A stretch of DNA of 64,000 nt from the NCBI GenBank assembly GCA_964016885.1, contig OZ024746.1, positions 2,108,001 to 2,172,000 of the forward strand. The letters are read 5' to 3'. Position numbers and translations under genes: made by a program. Under the pieces are notes generated by a model that made no database searches, had not been told where the DNA came from, and saw only the letters and a program-made list of their open reading frames with translations. Of the stretch, positions 54,232 through 64,000 are shown one piece after another. Numbering within the stretch: position 1 is the stretch's first letter; each line of letters opens with the position of its first letter. The DNA is from Eledone cirrhosa. Lineage: Eukaryota.

Positions 54232-57200
54232 AACAAAAGTTAAGTCATATATTTTTTTTTATAGCGGATTTGTTTTCTTTTTCAAAATGTGCATTATTCA
54301 AAATTGTAAACATTGAAAATTAATTATTTCCACATTTTATCAATAAACACCTTTTTGAGATCAAAATGTGTTTAAATATAAATTACATTTTAACCTTCAG
54401 GGTTTTATTTAATGAAAAGTAAATTATTATAAAATTAAAAAAAAAATGTTTCTATCTTTGCAATTCCGATATTACGATCATATTCCATTTAACTTCTAAA
54501 TATTTATTGCACATGATATCATGAATATTAACAGATTTATGAATTTTAATAGTGGGTTTCAAAGTATTTAATTGCTAAAAACAATATATTTTATTGTACA
54601 GCATTATAAAATTATATGTATACTTTCAAAATTGGCAACAGATATAATTGTTTTTACTTTTGGCACAAGGCCAGCAATTATCACGGAGCATTACTTGTAC
54701 TTTATTTTATCGACCCCGTAATGATGAAAAGCAAAGTTAACCTCGGCGGGATTTAAACTCAGAACGTAAAGGGTCATACGTAGGAACAGGAGAATAAGGG
54801 GTGAGATGATAGATAATAGAAAAATGGTAACATGAACAGGACCAAGCTGTCAAAATAGACTTACAGTTTCAACTGCTACCAACAGTAGTGCTCGTCCACT
54901 TGGGACCTTACAATGTCTAACATGAACAATAAAGTACTTTTGAGTCTCAAATAATCAGTCCCTTCCTCTTATTAATTTTTTTAATTTTTTCCAACCCGCC
55001 GCTTATTAAATTTTGCTAATCTATCCTTGAAGTTTTAATTTTAGTGGTAGCATTCCCGTGATAATTAATTTTCTTTAGATATTAAAAGACACATAATTTA
55101 AAAAAAAGTACATTACCAGAAACTCCATACGTTATAAAATAAATGATGGTTGGGGTCTCAATATGTAAACTGAATGACTAATTCTGGTTTTTAAAAAAAT
55201 CAACAGACAACCTAAAAAAATTACCGATTGGCATTCTGGGCATACTGTAACACCCCAGACCACTGTCCACACTGTAAAGTAGTCGTTTTGGTGCCACGAC
55301 AAAAAATGACCACTCCACACTGTAAATGGCGTTAGGAAAGGCATCCGGCTCGTCTAACCATGCCTGTGTGTGGAAAAATGAACGTTAAACAGTGATGATG
55401 ATGTTGATATGTGTGTGTAAAAAGTAAACAAATAACAAAAATGAAGAAATATATTAGTTTAATGCTTGAAATAATAGGAAAAGAGTCTTAACGTTTCAGA
55501 CACTCATCATTCGTCAAATGGTAGAATGAGGAATAAAAGATGAAATAAAAAGATAAAGAGTGAGAACAAGAAGGGGAGAGGGAACAAAAAAAAACAAAAA
55601 TGCGTATTCAGTCAGCCATTACACATGATTTGGTGAAGTAGATTTGGTATGTTGTGACCAGCCAACACTTGCTAGCAGAGACACAATGGATGATGATATA
55701 TGTATGTGTGTGTTGTTTTCTCAGCTTCTACAATAGCTTCTGTCAACATTTTGTGAATGTCACCTAAATCTACACTGTAGTTCTGATGAGAGGAAAAGAA
55801 GTGTGTCTTCTCAAACTGCCATTAGACACTTGACTGAAATTACCTTTTTTGACACCAGCACCCCTCCACCAACTCACTTTTAGCCCTATTGTTTTCTATC
55901 CAACAATTACTAACATGCAACAATTATCAGCACTAACCTCAGCCACTTACTCTCTTTATTCAACTATTGTATAGTCAGGCACTACCTTTCTCTCCAAATA
56001 AAGTTTATTTGAATGTTGTAATTTAGTTTATTTGATTTGTCTGCTTACTATATATAAAATACCTCTTTTCCAAATTTTCCCCTCCAGATGTCTCTGTTAT
56101 TTCTTTTTGTGGGTTTTTTTTCCTTGTCTCTATAAACTTTTGTCAGTAGCTTTTTTCTCTAAACCTCGTTGCCTCTTATTTTTATGGGATATAGTAATTT
56201 TGTATTTTTTATGCTTGTGTACTACCCTCACCAATTCTAATTTTCCAACAGTTACCAGTTATGTAATTAAATACACTACCATCACTTTGATTTGTTTTGT
56301 ATCTATTGACAGTGGATATATGTCTCTGAGTGTTGTTCTTCTAATATTGAAGAACTTTCTTTTAGCTTTAACATTTCAAATATTGCAGTGGTATTTTATC
56401 AGTTCTGTTATATTTTTGGTATCTAGCTCATTACTATATCTAATTAAACACATGTGTTCTTTTTATCAGAAACAAACAGAAAACTAATTCCTTCTGATTT
56501 TTATTGTTATTGTAATAATAATGTTTAACATAGATGTTTATTTGAATATAAAATAGGAATTTGTTGATCCACTGGTTTTAAATTCTAACCTTCATTCATC
56601 TACTTTTATATTCTAAATCAAGAGGGTGATGGGTTGGCAGAGTGTTAGACAAATGTTCTTTGTTTTGAGTTCAGATCCCACTGATGTCAACTTTGTCTTT
56701 CATCTTCTCAGGGTCTATAAAATAAAGCACTGATCAGATATTAGGGTGGCTTGAATCTATTTTTCCTTTCCCTTGAATTTTCCAGACAAGAGAGCTACCT
56801 GTGTTTGTACTAACCTAGTAATCTTATATTCTATCACATATTAGAAGAACCACCGAGACTGTTTTTATGTATACAATAGCAAACTACAGAAATTCTTGTC
56901 AATTTTTTAGTGTCACCCTATGTGCAGAAGTAGGTTGTTTTCTGTACAGCTAGGGGAACTGGGCTATTTTATAGTTAAGAATCTTGGCTAGTTACAAATC
57001 ACGGATTGCTACTCAGGTTGAACTGTACTTTATCAACGACACCATCTGTGCTTTTAGGTAACAGTCAGCCTAACTGAAAATAGGTTTCACTTCCAATTAT
57101 TGTTTGGTGATGAGCCAGCACTTTGTGGAAATATTAAAAGCTACAAACTGGCTCTATTCTACCTAGTAAGGGAAAATTATGTAAAACTTTTTAGAAATAT

Positions 57201-58349
57201 AGCAAAAATAGTAGCCTTACCATTTCACCATTGACAGGTTACTTAAATTGAAAATTTATATTTGCTTTTATTTCAAATTATCAAACACAACTACTTTATA
57301 TAGTGTAATTATCTTAACTGTTTCAAACATGAAACCCATGAACACTTCTACAGCGAAGAAGACATTATAAATTACAAAAAGAATGAGAGTTTTATTTAAA
57401 ATTCCGTAAATAAATAAATATCTGAACTCCAATATATAAAAAAAGTATGAATATTCTTGTAGAGATAGACCTTGTCTTCTTGTACAAAAATGATTGGCCT
57501 AGTCATAGGGGTTAATGATAATTATACTTTTTTAATCAATGCCCCCCCCCCCCCCCCACCCAATTAGCAGAGTTGTTAGTACCGCAAATTAAATGCCTCT
57601 CTATTTGTTCTGGATCTCTATGCTCTGATTTCAAAGGAGATACAGTTCTCTCACCATTCTTGTCTCTAAGGTTTAGGTTCAACATATTGGGAGTTATATC
57701 AATAATATTGATTGTTTCAGCATTGAGCTGTCTTCTTATATACTTTATATACAGCTCGGTGTGTGACTTATGAGAGTGAAATCTCTTTATCAGGGATATG
57801 GTGCAATATTGGTAATGAGCTGAAACCATATCAACTTAGCCAAGTACAATTCTAGATTACATTTAATAGAATTGAGCAAAGTAAGCTGTAGAAAACTTTA
57901 TCTGGATTCAAGTTAAAGCTATTTCCTTTCAGTAACAATACTAAATAAATGTCTTGAGAAAGACTTCAATATTATGTATTCTCCTCCAATAAATCTGTAA
58001 TATTGTGCTCACATAAGCTGTAATTAATAATGAATCTTACTGTTTTTTCCATTGAACTAATGAAGTATTCTATATTTATGAATTGGCAAAAAGTTAAACT
58101 ATGAAAGACTGACAATATTAAATTACAAAAGAAAAAAAGACTAAATTACTCAAATAAAAAAAAAAATTAGATGTATAATAATATTTAAAAAAAATTCTTT
58201 AACTCTTTTGATACTAAACTGGCCCTGGTTCTGTGATACAAAGCTGATTTAAAAGTTTTGATGTTTATCTAAAAACTTTATAATTTTATGTCATAACATG
58301 TTGATACTCCAAAACACCAGTTATTTTATCAAATCTCAGTAAATCTCTA

Positions 58350-59450
58350 TAACTTTTGTTGATCTAGAGAAAGCCTTTATATCTAGCTTTCATTGACCTA
58401 CAAAAAGTGTTGTGTAGGTCTATTATCTGGTGGTCCTTAAATAAATTAGGTGTAGGAAAGCGGCTTGTAAGAGCAATGCAAGCCATGCACAGGGGAGCTG
58501 TAAGTAAAGCGAGAATAGGAAATGAGTTTAGTGAAGAATTTAAAGTACAGGTAGGAGTGCCTCAGTGTTCAGTTCTTGACTCACTTCTGTTAATCTTAGT
58601 CCTCCAGGCCATAACAGGAGTTTTAGGCTGGTTGCCCTTGGTAACTTCTGTATACTGATGATTTGGGTCCTCTTAACTGAATCTGTGGAAGAACTAGAGA
58701 ATAAATTCAGGCTGTGGACAAAACAAAATGTTGATAAATAGGAAAGAAGATAGGGCACCAATCTCATCAGGGAAGTGACCTTGTTCGATATGTAGAAACG
58801 GAGTAGGCATAAACTCTATATGATGTACACAATACAGATCTTGGGTACATAAGAGGTGTAGTGGGATAACAGGCAAACTAACAAGAAAGGAAGACTTTGT
58901 ATGTTGTAGATGTTCAGGGACAATTGATAGTAAGAATGCCAAATATAAATAAATAATATAAACCTTTTCCAATCTCTGGAAGGATCTATAGAAGTGGTTG
59001 ATAGCTTCTGCTACTTAGGTGATACTTAGGAGTGTAGGAAGGTGCTTGTAGAGCATAGTAGCTAGAATAAGGACAGGATGGAAGAAGTTTAGGGAACGGC
59101 TAACCCTGCTAACAATAAAAGGTTTCTCTTTACAAATGAAAGTTCATCTGTATGACACCTGTGTGCGAATTGCCATGCTACATGGAAATGTGACATGGGC
59201 TATGACAGTGTTGGTGTGGACATGTGATGCACATGGTTGATGATCGCTGGGTGAAGAAGCCTCAAATAATCCCAGTGGAAGGAAGCTGCAGTTGAAGAAG
59301 ACCTGGATTGAAGTGGTGAGAGCTGATCTTAGATTGTTAAAGCTCACAGAGGAGATGACAAAGGAATGTGTCATGTGGAGAGATACTCTACTGAGAAAGA
59401 CCCGTCCAACTCAGGCAAGTGTGGAACAACAGACGTAGAGTGATGATGAT
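58350..59450 (+). mobile_element. Decayed RTE LINE, RT through the 3' tail
   Basis: FVDLEKAF, LVRAMQAMHRGAVSKARIGNEFSEEFKVQVGVPQ, EVVDSFCYLGD, ARIRTGWKKFRE, (GAT)n tail. Confidence 0.85.
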
Positions 59451-60081
59451 ATATATGGAGGGCTTCTGCACAGTTTCTGTTTACCATATTTCAGTCATAA
59501 GGCATTGATCAACCCCGGGGCTTTATACTTTTTGACAATGATTTGATAGTGAATAGTATTTGGTTTCTTTTAACTGTTTTAAATTAATATCTTAACACCT
59601 ATTATTTATTTAAAAAATTTGTTTAATATATTTTTATGTCAACTTCTTTATAAAACCTATTTTGTATGAATTTTGTAACATAAGTATGATTTCATTGCTT
59701 GTTGGTTTTCTTTACATTGGGATATTTATATGAAGAAAGAGGAAGCTGAAATAATGATTTCTGATTTAGGCACAAGGCCAACAATTTTAGGGGAGGGCAA
59801 AGTTGATTAAATCAACCCCAGCACATTACTGGTACTTCATTTTATTGTCCCCGTAAGGATGAAAGGAAAAGCTAACCTCGGCGAGATTTGAACTCAAAAC
59901 ACAATGGGGGGGGGGGGTAACTATATGCTGTAAAGCATGTTGTCCAGTGCTCTGGGGAGGTAACTATATGCTGTAGGTCCAGTGCTCTGTCAATACTGTC
60001 AATTCAGCTAACAAAGTAGCCTCTATTTCTCAACATGTGAGAAATAGCAGCCACATTGTTTTAAAATCACCAGGACATACT

Positions 60082-60269
60082 CAGGGCTGGGTTAAGTTCT
60101 TTTGAGGCCCTAAGCACACAAAAGATTATGATGCCTCTCATATATAAAATATGCAAAGAGGTTTTTTTTTTAAAAGAACAAATACATTTAATTTAAATAA
60201 AATGGTGCCTCCTCTTCTCTTGATGTTATAAGCATGTACTTATTTTACTTAATGGTTAATCCAGCCCTT
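60082..60269. mobile_element. hAT-type MITE with a perfect 8-bp TSD
   Basis: GACATACT|CAGGGCTGGGTTAA...TTAATCCAGCCCTT|GACATACT. Confidence 0.8.
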
Positions 60270-60425
60270 GACATACTAAATAAACTACTGAATTAATATT
60301 CAGAACTGCTGACTCAGGATGAAACATAAGTTTTAAAAATAAAGTTTGGGGTGAAATTAATTTGTTAGATAATTGTTTTCTGTGTATTTTTGATGACTTA
60401 TTATTTGTTTGTTATTTTTTCACAG

Positions 60426-61851
60426 ATCTTCATGAATCACCAACCCAAGACGCTAACCCATGTTCACAAACACCCATAGAAAATCTCAAAAAGAAAGAAA
60501 AGACTAAAGTGATGAAGACTGAAACGAGTGGTAGTGGTGGTTCTCAAAAATCACATGGTATGTGTGTGAAAAAATCAAAGGCTGGTCATAGTGAAAGTAG
60601 TGTTTCTGGAAGTCAGGAAATATCGTCTTTGACATCTGGAGACAAAGATAAACGAAAACATCATCATCATCATTCTCATCATCATTCTCACCATCACCAT
60701 CATAATATACATCCTCATCATCACCACCACAAGTGTGAGCCTCAGTTTGAGAAATCCTCCAACTTCAAGCAACATATTCACACTTCTGAAAAAGAAAACA
60801 TCAAAAAGAAGGACACAACGGATGAATCAGCTTCAAAGCGAGTTAATGGGAATTCTTCATGTGTGGCTCATGTGAAACCAGCGCCAAAGAAAAGGATTGT
60901 TAGTAATTGTGGTGTCCAAGTAAATCTTCGACGGCGAACAGAGAACAAAGCTGTTCAAGTTTCTTCAAAACTTTCTGGTAGCCATCATGATAAAGATTCA
61001 TTACGGAGAGAACATTCTTCTTTACATGCTGACCGAAAAGCTGAAGTTGCCCAGAAACTTGAGTGTCACAGTCGCCGTTCTATGTCTAGTAAAGGGACAC
61101 AAACCAATAAAGAAACTAGACCTAAATCTACTATGCACAGCTTGAATGACCTAAAGATTTCTCTTTCTACTGACTTTGATCATACTATTAAGTCTCTGAA
61201 AACAGATCCTCCACCAGTTACTGGAGATAATGGTGGTCAGTCTACCGAAGTCTTAAAATATCGTGATTATATGCATTTTGAATATTACACTAATGGTGGG
61301 GCCATGGTATTGCATTCCTACCAAGAAGAGCTTGATAAGCTAACTGAGGAACAAATGCTTGAATTCACTAAAGAATATTTTCATGTTGTCTTTGATGAAG
61401 TATCAGAGGGGGTTTCTAACTGTGTCATGGGCATTGTACATAATGCAGCTGCATATATGCCGGACTTTTTGGAGTATTTTGCATCTGATTATTCTAACCT
61501 AACTGTGAAAACAGGTGTGTTAGGGAAATCCGATATCGAAACCAAATCTATGGCAGCTTATTGCGATATGGTATATAAAACATATGAAAATGGAACTGTA
61601 CGGACAGGGCCACTCCTTCAGCTCAGCCTTGTTGGCACAGTGCATGAAGAAGTTGGAGATTATTTCCCTGAATTCTTAGATATGCTGGAAGAAAACCCAT
61701 TTCTTCGAGTTACAATGCCATGGGGTGAATTAGCTTCAATAAAAATGAAAGATAGGAGAGAGAGTAATGATGGCCCAATTTTATGGTCACGTCCTGGAGA
61801 ACAGTTAATTCCTACAGCTGATTTGCCTAAATCTCCATACAAACGAAAAAG
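60426..61851 (+). CDS. RSBN1: Large exon of the RSBN1/RSBN1L (round spermatid basic protein 1, KDM9 family) gene
   Basis: Poly-His and basic region followed by the conserved RSBN1 block (NGGAMVLHSY...MGIVHNAAAYMPDFLEYF...GVLGKSDIET...GPLLQLSLVGTVHEEVGDYFPEFLDMLEENPFL...PWG...SNDGPILWSRPGEQLIPTADLPKSPYKRKR). Acceptor TTTTTTCACAG|AT; donor AG|GTAAGT at 61851/61852. Confidence 0.92.
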
Positions 61852-64000
61852 GTAAGTTCATTTTCAGTTTAGTGATTTCTACTTCAGAGATAAATGCCAT
61901 TAAGTCCTCCAAAATCTGATAGTGTCGGTTTATATATTTTTCTTTTACTAATTAAATATGCATTTAATTTTCAACTTGGTTTTTATAACTTTAATGTTTG
62001 AATTCTTAATACTGCTTTAAAATCTTTTTAGTTTTCACTAAGTTATTTTGTAAAACATATTTAATCTTCAGATTTATACTTTTATATATTGTTTGTACTT
62101 TGAAGAATATATTTTGTAAGTAGATAACAAAATATTTTCAAAAATATTGATGAGGAAAAATACTCTAATATCGGTGTTGTATATTATTTTATTTTTAATT
62201 TTATACATAGTTTCTTCAGTTTGTGTAAATTAGATAAAGTTTTAAGCTTAAGATATGCACTGAGTCTTGAATCTAAAAACTATAATTTAACAATAATCCA
62301 TTTATTTTAACTTTTAACACTCTGTAATGATTTAGCAAAACATCTTTAAAAAAAAACAGGTTTGTTAATTCAGATATTTATAGTCTCTTTACTAGTTAAC
62401 AGATTGTTATAGAAATTTACAGTAAATTAATATAATGCAATCATAAAGCTGTTGTGTACTTTCCAAGAATATAATACTAATTCAGTTTCATGCAGATATA
62501 GAATGTTAAAAGTTAAAATGGGATTGGGGCTTCGTTGATTTTCTTTCACCCGTCCCCTTCTTTATTCTTATCTGTTTTAAGACAGTGATGGTATAAATTC
62601 CACCTCACAACAGTCTAGCATCCAAAACTGAGAAAGAATTGTTATCAGTTGCACAGCATCTCAGCTAGTGACTATTTTATAGCAGTGTGGACTGAACATT
62701 TCAGATTAAAGTGTTTTTATGAAGAGGTCAGCAAATTGCTGGTGACATGACAAGAATTATTTGCTTTTTAGTTTTGTTAATTAGCAAATATAGTTTTGTT
62801 AGTTAGCAAATATCTTTCATATGCTGATGGCCTCTTGATGGTGATAACTATGTTGATGTTCATTGAGCCATAGAACAGCTCAATGTGTACATATCACATG
62901 TTGGCATGAAGACCAATGTAACCAAGACAAAGTATCTATCTTCTGGAAGAAGTCAATCAATTTAAATGTCTTAGCATCACCTTCATTGCCACAGGTTAAA
63001 ATAAAGATAGAAAGAAAAACATTTAGCCAAATATTAGATTTCTAAAAATGATCAAATTCATTCTAATAACTATAAACTCTTTATTCAAAACAGTTATAGT
63101 TGTCTTTGATGTATTAATTTTAGCAACAAGAAAACCCTTACTGAATTACATTTTTGTTAGTTTCAGTTCCTCATTTATACTTAAGATCATTTGTATTATA
63201 AATTTAACCCAATTAAAAACAAACAATAATAGGAAAACATTACCTATGCTCATTATATCATAAAATCTATTTAGAGTTTGATATCAATTGATTTATAAAT
63301 TTGTAACAGTTATTCAAAGAAATAAAACAGTAAGGATGTTTACTACTCACTCATATGCTGGTTTAGGTAATATCTTACAAGGTTTCTTGTGTTTTTATGT
63401 TAGAGACTCCAGTCCTATCATAAAAGGCATCATGCCACCCATAAAAGGCATCAAACCCATGACCCTGTGATCACCCTAACCACTACTCACAACCCTCCCA
63501 ATAGTCTAATGAAATATGTTAACTGGTTTTTAAAAGTGTATATATTAAATTTGGGGGATAATTTAGGATTATGTAAATAATCATCATTTTTACATTTGCT
63601 TTTCTGTGTATTGGTTGGCTGGGACCTTTTTAACACTGTCTCTCCCCTCATTACAGTCCTTCATCTTCCTTGTGAGATTAAACATCCTAACATTAGATCT
63701 ACCACTTCTTCAGTCTTTCACTTACATCATTTGATACTCTTTTGAGACTGTTAGTCATTATATTCATTACTTGCACAGTCTTCTCTCAGCACATTATAGC
63801 TGTTATCTTTAACCCTTTCATGACTGCATTTCTCATGAAATATACTCTACATTAATTAATGAAGAATTTTGACATATTGGTTGTGGATAGTGTTCTGGAT
63901 TTTAGGATTTTTCTCCCTTCCAAATGTTTCGCATGGTGTCAACTTTGTTGTTTCTCATCTTTTCACAGTTATATTTAGTAGAGTTGTTTTAATGTGTTGT

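Noticed and set aside
55482-55520. Minus-strand UUGACGA...GAAACGUUA hammerhead-like remnant
   Set aside because: Stems I and II do not pair; insufficient support.
55775-55835. CUGAUGA followed by a GAGGA/UCUUC stem
   Set aside because: GAAA is replaced by CAAA and there is no UH site or convincing stem I.

Overview
AT-rich, repeat-dense animal genomic DNA. The SINE, RTE and (TA)n repeat content resembles octopod cephalopods, but this is an inference. Two chromatin genes sit head-to-head: SET/TAF-I (minus strand, first coding exon 3377-3646, followed by a U12-type GTATCCTTT donor) and an RSBN1/KDM9-like gene (plus strand, exons 4199-4835 and 60426-61851, joined by a phase-compatible ~55.6 kb intron). 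The intron holds kilobase (TA)n fields, tRNA-derived SINEs, RTE and CR1-group LINE fragments, a decayed Charlie/Buster-type hAT transposon, several MITEs and a non-autonomous Helitron. The most striking observation is about ten type I hammerhead ribozyme motifs from at least five unrelated Penelope-pLTR-like families. Three of these families occur as back-to-back inverted pairs (8513-9182, 13001-13352, 23105-23262), so each strand encodes a ribozyme preceded by its own antisense copy. All structures were read by eye; none were computationally folded or searched.
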